64,000 nt of DNA from Deferribacterales bacterium (GCA_050253075.1 JBFWJS010000002.1:256001-320000), one strand, 5' to 3'; shown: positions 20,272-30,351, counted from the first letter of the stretch. A program made the numbers and translations. The notes: a model not told the origin generated them from the letters alone.

Positions 20272-21676
20272 TTGTCTCCAACGGCAGTCTGATATCAAGC
20301 CTCAGTCCGCCTTTTTCTCCTTTATGTGCCGAGATAGAGCCGTTATGCCCTTCTATAATAAACTTACATATCGAAAGCCCGAGACCGCTGCCGCCCGTGG
20401 TGGTACTGCGTGAGGAATCTATCCTGTACAGCCTGTCAAAGAGGAAAGGCAGGTGCTTATCTTCCACGCCCGGCCCTGTGTCCTCAAAGGAAAGCAGGAG
20501 TTGTCCCGCTTCCTTTTTACAAGTAACAAACATAACACCGGGACTCTTGGCATATTTGATGGCGTTTTCAAGTATGTTGATAAACACCTGATTTAAACGC
20601 ATCAGATCGCCTGCTATTTTTAAATTCTGCAGTGAACACTCGCAGCTTATCCTGAAATTATACTCAGCCATACGCACTTCATAAAAATCCAGCAGGCTGT
20701 AAAGCTCGCCCAGTATGTCTACGCTGAGCATCTGCATGTGCATTGCGCCCGATTCCGCCATGGTGATGTCGTGCAGCTCGTTGACGAGCCTCTTCATACG
20801 CATGGTGTTTTTATAAACAGACTCGATGGTATCCGCATCGGGCTTCCGCACGCCGTCCTGTATGGCCTCTATACTGCCGAGGATTACAGAGAGAGGTGTG
20901 CGCAGCTCGTGGGATATATCTGATATCCATCTGGACTGCTTCTGCTCGTATTCTTTCAGGGTATTTATCATTTTCTGGAAATTACATGTGAGCTCAGCTA
21001 TCTCATCGCTGGTGGTTATCTCCAGTTCAACGTCGAAGTCCCGCTCTGTGATACGTTTTGTGGCATCGCCCAGCTTTTTCAGCGGAGCCAGCATGTTCCT
21101 AGTAAGGAGCCACGCAGTAATAGTCACCATAGCGAGCACTATCAGAGATGTCATTATCAGCAGAGACACCTGACTTTCCAGAAATTTTTCTGCGAAGGGG
21201 TTCGGAGGCAGCTTATCAAACTTAAGAGCGCCAAAGTGCGCCACTGTCTTTCCCTCTGCTTCCACAGGAAATATGTGCATATCCTCGGGGCTGTATTCAC
21301 CACCCGCCAGATAATTCATATCTTTATCATACAGGGCAAATATTTCGTGCTGTTTAGGGAATCTGGGGATATCCTCTAACATATCAGGAGGCCCGGGAGG
21401 TGTGCCGAAGTCCTTAGTGCTGGACATCATAAAAGCTATGTGCAGTGGTTCCTGCCTGTTTATGAGTTTATCGAGACCGCCGTTCTTTTCATAATATTTT
21501 CCGATATTCTGCGCCATGACAGAAAACTCTTTTATCTTTGTCTTTTCAAGGTAGCTGCGAAAGTTCTTTTTCCCGAAATATCCGACAGAGACACCGGCTA
21601 TTATATGGCTCAAAAAGACTGACAGAAAGACGATACCGAAAAATTTATAAAAGAGCTTAATTCTCAATTTCTTCAC
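20261..21676 (-). CDS. Sensor histidine kinase (BaeS-like, HAMP)
   Basis: Two TM helices, HAMP, ISHELRTPL, DTGPG, GGSGLGLSI. Confidence 0.93.
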   Translation of the reverse strand: MKKLRIKLFYKFFGIVFLSVFLSHIIAGVSVGYFGKKNFRSYLEKTKIKEFSVMAQNIGKYYEKNGGLDKLINRQEPLHIAFMMSSTKDFGTPPGPPDMLEDIPRFPKQHEIFALYDKDMNYLAGGEYSPEDMHIFPVEAEGKTVAHFGALKFDKLPPNPFAEKFLESQVSLLIMTSLIVLAMVTITAWLLTRNMLAPLKKLGDATKRITERDFDVELEITTSDEIAELTCNFQKMINTLKEYEQKQSRWISDISHELRTPLSVILGSIEAIQDGVRKPDADTIESVYKNTMRMKRLVNELHDITMAESGAMHMQMLSVDILGELYSLLDFYEVRMAEYNFRISCECSLQNLKIAGDLMRLNQVFINILENAIKYAKSPGVMFVTCKKEAGQLLLSFEDTGPGVEDKHLPFLFDRLYRIDSSRSTTTGGSGLGLSICKFIIEGHNGSISAHKGEKGGLRLDIRLPLETNDE

Positions 21677-21784
21677 CTGAATTAAATTTAGTTAAACGAT
21701 CTCCACAATTCAACATCAAGATAATTTATGTCGCACTTAACATATTCCCTTCACATTTTATACACAATTGGGTTATATTATTAT

Positions 21785-21875
21785 AGCGATATGAAAGTGG
21801 TAACCCACGATATTTCATAATCTCCTAATTAATTTCTACACACCACTAAAAAGCCGGACTTTTGTCCGGCTTTTT
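21785..21875 (+). ncRNA. Candidate sRNA (about 90 nt) divergent from the BaeS/BaeR-like pair
   Basis: -10 TATATT 21774-21779 preceded by an 11-bp-period direct repeat (TCACATT/ACACAAT); 5' hairpin; ATCTCCT anti-SD-like tract; terminator 21848-21875. Confidence 0.5.
21848..21875. terminator. Bidirectional Rho-independent terminator
   Basis: AAAAAGCCGGAC-TTTT-GTCCGGCTTTTT perfect inverted repeat. Confidence 0.9.
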
Positions 21876-21904
21876 ACATTATGCCTACATTAGATATTCC
21901 CAGT

Positions 21905-22546
21905 CTAAGCTTCGATACTCAGAGAGGTATAATCCTCGCTCTTTGTCAGAGACTGGTTAAAGCTGTATAGATACTCCGACAAGGACTGCGTAGATGTTGT
22001 ACTGTCTTCGTCGTCGTCATCACTGCTTCCCATAGAGAAGATCTCATCCTGCAGAGATTCCAGAATGGCCAGATACGAGTTTGTAGAGGATTCGCTGCTC
22101 TCTTCGAGCTGTGCGAGGTACTCTTCGAAAGAATCTGTCTCGTCATCCTCATCCGTGGATTCTGCTCCTGAAGGTGGTGGCGGCGGAGGTCCTCCTGCGC
22201 CTTTCATACCCATTCCTTCGGCTCCTGCCATGTCTTCCAGCTCAGACATGTCTGGACGGTTAGCCTCTAAAAAGCTCTTTAGCTCTTCGCTGCTGTATGA
22301 GCCGTCGCCGTCTGCGTCGAAATCTGCGTACTGCTCACTCACGTTTATACTGTGCCCTGTTGTAGCCTCCAGCTCCGATACTAGAGAGGAGAGCTCGGAT
22401 TCATCTACCGAACCGTCGCCGCTTGTGTCGATAGCACTGAAGATATCCTCTGCCGAGGATTTCTGAACCTTAGTGGTGTTCGTCGTGCTGTTGGTAGACA
22501 CATAGCTCTGATAAGAGTAGCTGTCTGATCCATTGATATACATCAT
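21905..22546 (-). CDS. Acidic, Ser-rich EF-hand calcium-binding protein
   Basis: EF-hands DTSGDGSVDESE and DADGDGSYSSEE; GGPPPPPP linker; SD GGAGG. Confidence 0.8.
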   Translation of the reverse strand: MMYINGSDSYSYQSYVSTNSTTNTTKVQKSSAEDIFSAIDTSGDGSVDESELSSLVSELEATTGHSINVSEQYADFDADGDGSYSSEELKSFLEANRPDMSELEDMAGAEGMGMKGAGGPPPPPPSGAESTDEDDETDSFEEYLAQLEESSESSTNSYLAILESLQDEIFSMGSSDDDDEDSTTSTQSLSEYLYSFNQSLTKSEDYTSLSIEA

Positions 22547-22670
22547 TACCTCCGTATAAGGTCAAACTACGGATTTATACGCACTCACGGCATAACTCAC
22601 CCATAGCGGCACATGTATACCTTAACCCATCAATATGAAATGATTATGGACAAAAAAAGCAGAAAATGTG

Positions 22671-23099
22671 TTAGATGACGTTTATCTCGGCGGGGAGGAA
22701 ACATTTCGGCACGGATTCCATCCTGAAAAGGTGCGTGATGCACTTGCAGTCGCTGGAGCCGAAGCCCTTCATGGGGATCTCTGCGCCCATTTCTATAAAT
22801 GTCTGTGCGATGCGGTGCTCGGCCTCTGCGGACTCTGTGGTATACCACAGGCGGACAGCCTTCATTTGTCTGCGGATATAGTCTATGTGCCATCGGCATT
22901 TCTTTGCTGTTTTCAGATGGCGTGACAGCCTGCTTTTAAGCCCGCCCCCTCCGAAAGCACTGCCGACATATGCGTATATCCCCTCCTGCACGGACATTGT
23001 GCCGAGACTGCCGACCTTTATATCCATCCTTTTATCACAGTGGAGGAAAACCACATAAACACCCTTATCCGAAGGGATCCTATCTTTTATCTTCTTCAT
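22671..23099 (-). CDS. GIY-YIG nuclease family protein (DUF123 / Uri superfamily)
   Basis: KGVY, GIYAYVGSA, RLSRH, WHIDY, GFGSSDCKCITHLF. Confidence 0.88.
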   Translation of the reverse strand: MKKIKDRIPSDKGVYVVFLHCDKRMDIKVGSLGTMSVQEGIYAYVGSAFGGGGLKSRLSRHLKTAKKCRWHIDYIRRQMKAVRLWYTTESAEAEHRIAQTFIEMGAEIPMKGFGSSDCKCITHLFRMESVPKCFLPAEINVI

Positions 23100-23136
23100 C
23101 GTCAGATTTTATCAGCTAATCTGGTATAATGGTACT

Positions 23137-24558
23137 ATGAAAATACTCATTACAGGCGCAACGGGATACATCGGGCGCAGACTTACAAACGAACTGATAA
23201 AAGACGGGGCAGACATCCGCATACTGGTGCGAAACAAGGCAAAGCTGGAACGCACAATGCAGGAAGCGTGCGAGGTGACAGAGGGCTCGACATTCGACCC
23301 GGAAGCCCTTGCAAAAGCTCTGGAAGGGATACATACGGCGTATTACCTCATACATTCCATGGGCAAGTCTGGCGACTTTGAAGATATGGACAGGCAGAGC
23401 GCAGAGCTCTTCCGTGATGCGTGCATAGATGCAGGGGTTAAAAAGATAATATACCTCGGCGGGCTCGGACACTCAGACTCTGCCAGCAAACACCTGCGCA
23501 GCAGGATGGAGACGGGCGACATATTATCCGCAAAGCCTGATAAGGTGCAGACAGTCATGTTCCGTGCGGGGGTAATCATAGGCTCCGGCTCTGTCAGCTT
23601 TGAGATAATCCGAAATATCTGCCAGAAGCTCCCCGCCATGATAACGCCGAAATGGGTGGACACAAAGACCGAGCCAATCGGCATAGACGACGTGATCAGC
23701 TATCTGAAAAAGGCAGGAATGCGCACATTTCAGCCCGACGAGGGGAAGGTTGTCATAGACATCGGCGCAGAGGTCATGAGCTTTAAAGAGATGCTGGAAG
23801 GCGCATCGAAGGTGATGCACCTGAAGCGTAAGGTTATAAAGGTGCCGGTGCTTTCCCCTAAGATGTCCTCATACTGGCTGATAATCTTCACTCCTGTGAA
23901 CTTCGGCGTAGCGAGGGCTCTCGTCGAGGGGCTCTCCAGCGAAACAGTAAAGCTGAACGGCAATGCCGAAAAATACTTCCCCGATATAAAGCCAGCAGGC
24001 TATGAGAAAGCATTCAGCAAAGCGATAGAAGACATACACAACAGACAGGTGGTCTCAAGCTGGTGCGACAGCAGCGGCGGAAAGGCTTGCGATGTGCCAT
24101 TCGTACACGACATCAGCCACGCCGTATATAAAGACAGATATGTAGACGAAATAGGCGGACACGACCCAAAGAAGGTATTCCGAAACGTACTTGCCCTCGG
24201 CGGACACAACGGATGGGGCGCATATAATTTCCTCTGGCAGATGCGGGGCATCCTGGACAAGCTGGCGGGCGGATACGGCACAGGTAGAGGGCGCAGAGAC
24301 GACTTTGACCTGCGGATAGGAGATTCGCTCGACTGGTGGAAGGTTGTGGATATTGTTCCGGATAAACGGCTTCTACTCTCGGCACAGATGAAGCTACCCG
24401 CCGATGCATGGCTGGAGTTTCAGGTTGTCGACGGATATCTGATACAGACTCTTTTTTTATACCCAAAGGGGATTCTGGGCAGGCTTTACTGGTACACAAT
24501 GCTCCCCTTTCACAAGCTGATATTTAAGCGCATGGCAAAGGAACTGATAGAAGGCTGA
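23137..24558 (+). CDS. NAD(P)-binding SDR/epimerase with C-terminal DUF2867 (YbjT-like)
   Basis: ITGATGYIG, YYLIHSM, HLRSR, GDSLDWWKV, AQMKLPADAWL. Confidence 0.88.
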   Translation: MKILITGATGYIGRRLTNELIKDGADIRILVRNKAKLERTMQEACEVTEGSTFDPEALAKALEGIHTAYYLIHSMGKSGDFEDMDRQSAELFRDACIDAGVKKIIYLGGLGHSDSASKHLRSRMETGDILSAKPDKVQTVMFRAGVIIGSGSVSFEIIRNICQKLPAMITPKWVDTKTEPIGIDDVISYLKKAGMRTFQPDEGKVVIDIGAEVMSFKEMLEGASKVMHLKRKVIKVPVLSPKMSSYWLIIFTPVNFGVARALVEGLSSETVKLNGNAEKYFPDIKPAGYEKAFSKAIEDIHNRQVVSSWCDSSGGKACDVPFVHDISHAVYKDRYVDEIGGHDPKKVFRNVLALGGHNGWGAYNFLWQMRGILDKLAGGYGTGRGRRDDFDLRIGDSLDWWKVVDIVPDKRLLLSAQMKLPADAWLEFQVVDGYLIQTLFLYPKGILGRLYWYTMLPFHKLIFKRMAKELIEG

Positions 24559-24580
24559 GCTGAATGTAAATACTTTTACA

Positions 24581-24614
24581 GAGATTGCCGCGTCGCTGCG
24601 CTCCTCGCAATGAC
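24581..24614. repeat. Single CGTC-type REP-like palindrome
   Basis: GAGATTGCCGCGTCGCTGCGCTCCTCGCAATGAC; same AGATT...AATGAC architecture as the MITE core. Confidence 0.6.
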
Positions 24615-24705
24615 ATCCACACTATACTGAAAGTTCAAGCGGAGTGGGAGTGAAGCCGTAACTTGTAAGGCTGAACGACCGAATTAAAAATGCAGGGACG
24701 CATTT

Positions 24706-25104
24706 TTAATCAGCTAATGGATCCTCCCCGTCCTGCCATGAAGCGAGGTAACGCTCGTGCAGGTGAAAATCCTCACCCTTATGCTCTGTGAAAGTAACAT
24801 AGACATTCTGGTGCGGGATGCCCCACACGTCGAAGATGATACCCATAAAGCCGAGTGCTAGGGAACGCCTCTGGATGAGCTCCCGCCCTTCACGTATGTC
24901 GGCATTCACAAGGGCTACACCCTGCTTATTATCCTCTACCCTGCCTATGAAAAGGTTATATGTGTCGTGCTCTCTGATGGATATGCTGATATGGTCTGTG
25001 CCCGTGCCCATAACCTCGCTGAAGAGCGCTTTGATCTTTTCGCTGAAGAAAATCTTGTCTTCGTCCTGAAGCGGACGGTTTATGTCAAACTGAAGATGCG
25101 GCAT
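24706..25104 (-). CDS. Tautomerase superfamily protein
   Basis: Pro-1 after Met (MPHLQF); double beta-alpha-beta length; SD GGAGG. Confidence 0.75.
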   Translation of the reverse strand: MPHLQFDINRPLQDEDKIFFSEKIKALFSEVMGTGTDHISISIREHDTYNLFIGRVEDNKQGVALVNADIREGRELIQRRSLALGFMGIIFDVWGIPHQNVYVTFTEHKGEDFHLHERYLASWQDGEDPLAD

Positions 25105-25232
25105 TTACCACCTCCGAAGGCTTATACACTTAGTATAGCCTCCGGAGATGATTTTTCACGTTTATTTTAGAAAGTGACCATCGGGAACGCCCGAGTCAGG
25201 CACACCGAATGCGGTCACGGCGTAGAGTCTTG

Positions 25233-27071
25233 TTATGCTTTGCCGGAGAGTTTTTTCGCTCTGGCTGTGTGTCTTTCCTGCTGACCGAGGATCTTCTTAC
25301 GAAGGCGGATGTTCTTCGGAGTAACTTCCACCAGCTCGTCATCAGCGATGAAGTGTATCGCCTTTTCCAGTGTCATAGGTGTCACAGGAGTAAGTGTGAG
25401 CGCATCATCTTTACCGGATGCACGAACGTTCGTAAGTTTCTTTTCTTTACAAGGGTTTGCGTTAAGGTCGTTATCTTTGTTGTACGCACCGATGATCATA
25501 CCTTCGTAAACGACGTCGCCCGCTTTGATGAAAAGCTCGCCTCTAGGCTCGAGGTGGAAGAGACCGTATGTAACGCCCTTTCCTGCTCTGTCGGAAACGA
25601 TAGAACCTGTGAATCTGGAAGGTATATCGCCTCTGTGCGGTTCGTATCCCTGAAGGAGTGAGTTCATGATACCTGTACCCTTAGTGTCGGAGAGGAATTC
25701 GTCTCTGTATCCGATAAGTCCGCGGGAAGGGATGGAGAACTCAAGTCTCGCACGTCCTGTTCCGTTGTTTATAAGGTTTGTCATACGTCCTTTTCTGATG
25801 GAGAGCTTCTCAGTGATAACACCGACGAAAGCCTCGTCACAGTCGATGAAGAGGTGTTCGATAGGCTCGCAAACCTGTCCGTCTACCTCTTTGAAGATAA
25901 CCTCGGGACGTCCGACGCAAACTTCGAATCCTTCACGGCGCATTGTTTCAAGGATGATGGCCATCTGGAATTCACCACGGCCCTTCACGATGAAGCAGTC
26001 ACGCTCTTTATCTTCCTCAACTTTGATAGCAACGTTCTGAAGTGTCTCTTTTACCAGTCTGTCCTTTATACGGTTAGACTGTACGAGTTTCCCTTCCTGA
26101 CCGGAAAGAGGTCCGTTGTTTGGAAGGAACTGCATAGCAACTGTGGGCTCGTCCACTGTGATTCTAGGGAGAGCTTTCGGAGCATCTTTTGTACAGATTG
26201 TGTCTCCGATGAGGATGTCTTCGATACCGGAAAGGACAATGATCTCGCCCGGGTCGGCAACAGCGACTTCCTTTGTGCCCAGTCCGTCATATATCTGTAG
26301 TTTTGTAACGCGGAGGGTCTGCTTTATGTCGTCAGGTCCCATACGTACAAGTGTTTCGTTTGATTTAGCTGATCCGTTGATAACCTTGCCCACTGCGAGT
26401 CTGCCGAGGTATTCGGAATATCCGAGGTCGCTCACGAGCATCTGGAAAGGCTCTTCCTCTTTATATGTAGGAGCAGGGATCTGCTCAACGATAGCGTTGA
26501 AGAGCGGCTGAAGGTCTTTGCCTTCGTCCTCGAGCTCTTTCTTACATATACCCTGCTTACCGATAGCGTAGAATACAGGGAATTCTATCTGCTCGTCATC
26601 GGCGCCGAGGTCGATGAAGAGGTCGTATATTTCATTAAGCACTTCATTTATACGGGCGTCTGGTCTGTCGATCTTGTTGATAACAACGATGATCTTAAGC
26701 CCTGCTTCGAAAGCCTTACCCAGAACGAATCTTGTCTGAGGGAGCGGTCCTTCGGACGCATCCACGAGGAGTATTGCGCCGTCCACCATAGAGAGCGCAC
26801 GCTCAACCTCACCGCCGAAGTCGGCGTGTCCCGGTGTGTCCAGGATGTTGATCTTTATATCGCCCCATTTAACTGCGCAGTTCTTCGCAGAGATGGTGAT
26901 GCCTCGCTCACGCTCGAGGTCCATGCTGTCCATCAGCCTGTCCTCAACTTCCTGCTCCTCTCTGAACATACCGCTCTGTTTGAAGAGGGCGTCTACGAGG
27001 GTGGTCTTACCGTGGTCAACGTGTGCGATGATTGCTATATTTCTCAGTTTCTCGTTCTGTACTTTTCCCAT
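25233..27071 (-). CDS. typA: Translational GTPase TypA/BipA
   Basis: RNIAIIAHVDHGKTTLVD, ERGITI, DTPGHADFGGEVER, KKLTNVRASG, LVEVTPKNIRLRK. Confidence 0.97.
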   Translation of the reverse strand: MGKVQNEKLRNIAIIAHVDHGKTTLVDALFKQSGMFREEQEVEDRLMDSMDLERERGITISAKNCAVKWGDIKINILDTPGHADFGGEVERALSMVDGAILLVDASEGPLPQTRFVLGKAFEAGLKIIVVINKIDRPDARINEVLNEIYDLFIDLGADDEQIEFPVFYAIGKQGICKKELEDEGKDLQPLFNAIVEQIPAPTYKEEEPFQMLVSDLGYSEYLGRLAVGKVINGSAKSNETLVRMGPDDIKQTLRVTKLQIYDGLGTKEVAVADPGEIIVLSGIEDILIGDTICTKDAPKALPRITVDEPTVAMQFLPNNGPLSGQEGKLVQSNRIKDRLVKETLQNVAIKVEEDKERDCFIVKGRGEFQMAIILETMRREGFEVCVGRPEVIFKEVDGQVCEPIEHLFIDCDEAFVGVITEKLSIRKGRMTNLINNGTGRARLEFSIPSRGLIGYRDEFLSDTKGTGIMNSLLQGYEPHRGDIPSRFTGSIVSDRAGKGVTYGLFHLEPRGELFIKAGDVVYEGMIIGAYNKDNDLNANPCKEKKLTNVRASGKDDALTLTPVTPMTLEKAIHFIADDELVEVTPKNIRLRKKILGQQERHTARAKKLSGKA

Positions 27072-27163
27072 GATGTATTAAAGGCTCCTTATATTCAAAA
27101 GCCAGACAGTATTCACTACTTTTGACAATAAGGGAAGAGGTATTTTAAATATTTTAATAAAAA

Positions 27164-28972
27164 TTATACTTTTTTGAGGCTAATTCGGAAAGATGTCTCA
27201 CCTTCATAGCATGTTACGGTCAATTTCCCGCCCATGTGGCGTTCCAGAACAGTTTTAGCCATGTAGAGTCCGAGTCCGACCCCCTGCCCTTCATCCTTAG
27301 TGGAAAAGAACGGGTTGAATATCATGTCCATGTCTTCATTTCTGATGCCGGAGCCGTTGTCTGTGATATCTAAGGTGAGCTCGGAGTCGTGCTCGGTGAG
27401 GCGTATCTTTATCTCTCCGCCGCCCTTTTCGCCGTATTTTTCTTCCACAGCGTCCATAGCGTTGAAGATGATGTTCATAAGCGACTGCTTGAACTCATTC
27501 ACAGGCCCGTGGACACAAAGCCCCTCGCACCCGCATTTGTCTATCTCGTCAAACTTTTTATATCCGAATTTATAATCGGTGCAGTCAGCGGAAAAGAGCA
27601 TCTTCACGCCGTTTGCCTTCAGCGAAGAATCCAGAAGGGAGACTATATCACACACCACCTCTGCCACACGGATATCCTTCGAGTCTTCCGACGGTTTATA
27701 GAAAGCCTTGTAGGAGTCGATGGAATCCGAAAGGTTTTTAAGTAGTATCAGGCTGGTCTTCTCAAATTGCTTTATGTATTCCTCGTCCAGCTCCCCCGAA
27801 CGGTATGCATCCATGACATCCTGTATGTAGAGCCCGACGGCATTAATAGGCTGACGCCAGTGATGCGCCAGAGCAGACAGCATCTGCCCCATGTCTGCCA
27901 CCTTCTTCTGCTGATTGATGATGATGTCTTTCTCTCTGTTGTTTTCAACTTCCTGCTTTATGCGGTCTTCGAGCCCGATGTTTGTCATCACCAGCTCATT
28001 CAGGATGACCTTATGCTCTATCTCCAGCTCTTCGATGGATTTGACAAAGCCTTTGCGTATCACATACATAACGACAAATATGCCGCACACGCCGATAATT
28101 GCCATATATATAATGTGACCAAAGAACCATGAGTGCAGACTGCTCCGCTCGGCGAAAAAGACATAGTCGCCTATCTTTTCCCCTTTATAGTTCTTGAGTG
28201 CAAATTCTTTTATGATCTCAAAGTCTTTCCCCTCGAGGCGGACATAGCTTATCCCCTTTTCGGCACGAAACTGCTTTACGAAGATATCCAGAGGCATCCC
28301 CGTATTGTTGTAATATTCGGTAATACCGCCCACGGTGGGGAGCACTGCGGGGTTATAGGCTGCGTGCTCTTTATCAACCAGCACGAGGGTCTTGATACCG
28401 GCGATGCTCTCGATGCGCTTGGCGAAAAAGCTGATGTGCACACCTGTCTCAATGAATCCCGCAAAGCCGTTTTTAAACAGCACAGGCTGGACATGACGCA
28501 GGAAGAGACCCTTTCGCCCCATCTCTATCCCCTGTACGGATCTGTTCTCTCTCATGGCGGTAGCTATCATCCCTCTGTCGGCTATGGAGTCCCCGTATCT
28601 TTCGGGAGCCTGCGCACGGTATATGACATCGCCTTCTTTTGTGATGAAGTTCAGTACCATACCCGAACGGGAAAATACCATATCAATATATGAGTAATAC
28701 CTTTTAGAAATCTTACCGAGGGCTTCCCTGTCTTGCTTAACAAAGGCTTCTGCGAGCTCTTTATCACTGAGGAGGAAGCCGGTGCTGGAACGCAGCAGCA
28801 TAAGTATACGCATAGGGAAGTTTTCGTAATAATTCTCTACTATGCTGACCTGCTCTTTGTGCAGCAGCTCAGTATTTCGGTTAAACTGATACCATTGCTC
28901 TGCTATGTAATAGGTGAAAGCAACAAGAGTAATGGCCATTGTGATGTATAGAGTTTTTGATTTTATGCTCAT
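27164..28972 (-). CDS. Sensor histidine kinase with periplasmic Cache-like domain (no adjacent regulator)
   Basis: Two TM helices, LAHHWRQP H-box, DNGSGI, GVGLGLY. Confidence 0.9.
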   Translation of the reverse strand: MSIKSKTLYITMAITLVAFTYYIAEQWYQFNRNTELLHKEQVSIVENYYENFPMRILMLLRSSTGFLLSDKELAEAFVKQDREALGKISKRYYSYIDMVFSRSGMVLNFITKEGDVIYRAQAPERYGDSIADRGMIATAMRENRSVQGIEMGRKGLFLRHVQPVLFKNGFAGFIETGVHISFFAKRIESIAGIKTLVLVDKEHAAYNPAVLPTVGGITEYYNNTGMPLDIFVKQFRAEKGISYVRLEGKDFEIIKEFALKNYKGEKIGDYVFFAERSSLHSWFFGHIIYMAIIGVCGIFVVMYVIRKGFVKSIEELEIEHKVILNELVMTNIGLEDRIKQEVENNREKDIIINQQKKVADMGQMLSALAHHWRQPINAVGLYIQDVMDAYRSGELDEEYIKQFEKTSLILLKNLSDSIDSYKAFYKPSEDSKDIRVAEVVCDIVSLLDSSLKANGVKMLFSADCTDYKFGYKKFDEIDKCGCEGLCVHGPVNEFKQSLMNIIFNAMDAVEEKYGEKGGGEIKIRLTEHDSELTLDITDNGSGIRNEDMDMIFNPFFSTKDEGQGVGLGLYMAKTVLERHMGGKLTVTCYEGETSFRISLKKV

Positions 28973-29114
28973 TCTACAGCCTTGTATCTAATCTTATGAA
29001 TCTTAACACACATTTATATCTATACGCATATGAAATGATCATATGATATTATTTTAATTGTATGCCCTATAAACTGGTATATAATCTCACTGTACTCCGA
29101 TAATTCACAATAAG

Positions 29115-30275
29115 GTGATGACCATGAAAACAGCCGTCTCTTTTGCTATAGTCGTGTTGCTTGTTTTATCACTCTCTTTTGTCTCTGCAAACATGTGGGG
29201 GGGCAAGCCCGAGAAGCTCCCTGATGACCTGAAGCTGAACATAACATCCGAAATGACCGTGGGAGAATTCATCAGCGCAAACGGCATGGAAAAGCCATTC
29301 GCCAAGAACCTGCTCGGGCTGACATCACCGACAGACCTTGAAAGGAAACTCACAGACTTCGGCTCGCCCGAAGATATCCAAATGAAATATAAACAGTCCG
29401 CATCGCTGAAAGCAGAGAGCGAATCAAAAAACTGGGTTAAGATACCGCTGAAATTTGCCCTTTGGTTAGTCTTCCTCATCACGGCATTCATACTGCTGAA
29501 AAAAAGAAAGATAAAAGCATCAAACAGAAAATGGATATATGCAGCATCATTCGCCGTATTCGGCATCATACTCGGCTCCGACCCCAGCCCGATGGGCACG
29601 GTGAAGGACGCCGTCTACCTCTATGGGAAGGCTGGCGTGATATTCCCGCCGAGGATGGTCGCCCTTAGTGTTTTCCTGCTGACAGTGCTCTTTGCGAATA
29701 AATTCATATGCTCATGGGGATGCCAGCTCGGCACTCTGCAGGACTTTATATTCAGACTCGGACGTAATAAGAAAGACACGGGCGAAGGCGCAGTGGCACA
29801 GTATAAAGTGCCATTCGTCACCACAAACGCCATCAGACTGCTGGTATTCGGAGCTATGTTTTATTCGGCTTTTGTATATGCCGCCGACATCTTCGCAGGG
29901 TATGACCCGTTCAAGATATTCAGCCCGAAGGCCGTCACCCTATCAGGCGGAATATTCATCGCCTTTATACTCGTCCTCTCACTCTTCACATACAGACCGT
30001 GGTGCAGCATGTTCTGCCCGTTCGGTTTTGTGGGGTGGATAGTTGAAAAGCTGAGTACATTCAGGATAAAAGTAAAATACGATACATGCATAGCCTGCGG
30101 TAAATGCGCAGACTCGTGCCCGTCGACAGTGATGGAAGCAATACTGAAACAGGACAAGCTGACCATACCGGACTGCTTCTCATGCGGTACATGCATAGAG
30201 GTATGCCCGACAAAGTCCGTGGAGTTCGCCCCCGGAAAGAGGGACAGAGTTCCCGAAAAGAAATTTGAAAGATAA
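29115..30275 (+). CDS. Membrane 4Fe-4S-binding protein (NapH/YccM-like polyferredoxin)
   Basis: CSWGCQ and CSMFCP motifs, TM helices, two CxxCxxCxxxCP clusters; start could be 29118 or 29124. Confidence 0.85.
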   Translation: MMTMKTAVSFAIVVLLVLSLSFVSANMWGGKPEKLPDDLKLNITSEMTVGEFISANGMEKPFAKNLLGLTSPTDLERKLTDFGSPEDIQMKYKQSASLKAESESKNWVKIPLKFALWLVFLITAFILLKKRKIKASNRKWIYAASFAVFGIILGSDPSPMGTVKDAVYLYGKAGVIFPPRMVALSVFLLTVLFANKFICSWGCQLGTLQDFIFRLGRNKKDTGEGAVAQYKVPFVTTNAIRLLVFGAMFYSAFVYAADIFAGYDPFKIFSPKAVTLSGGIFIAFILVLSLFTYRPWCSMFCPFGFVGWIVEKLSTFRIKVKYDTCIACGKCADSCPSTVMEAILKQDKLTIPDCFSCGTCIEVCPTKSVEFAPGKRDRVPEKKFER

Positions 30276-30287
30276 CAATTATATAAA

Positions 30288-30334
30288 GTCATTCTGAGCA
30301 TACCTACCAGATTCTTCGTTTCGCTCAGAATGAC
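30288..30334. repeat. CGTC-type REP-like palindrome between convergent genes
   Basis: GTCATTCTGAGC...AGATTCTTCGTTTCGCTCAGAATGAC matches the MITE core. Confidence 0.75.
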
Positions 30335-30351
30335 CGTTACCCATTTTCGTT

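Noticed and set aside
22598..22630. sigma28 promoter for the EF-hand gene (TTAAGG...GCCGCTAT)
   Set aside because: Spacing does not fit TAAA-N15-GCCGATAA
22671..23099. GIY-YIG nuclease as the mobiliser of the REP/MITE repeats
   Set aside because: It is DUF123-type and not flanked by the repeats (nearest is about 1.5 kb away); no supporting evidence in the window
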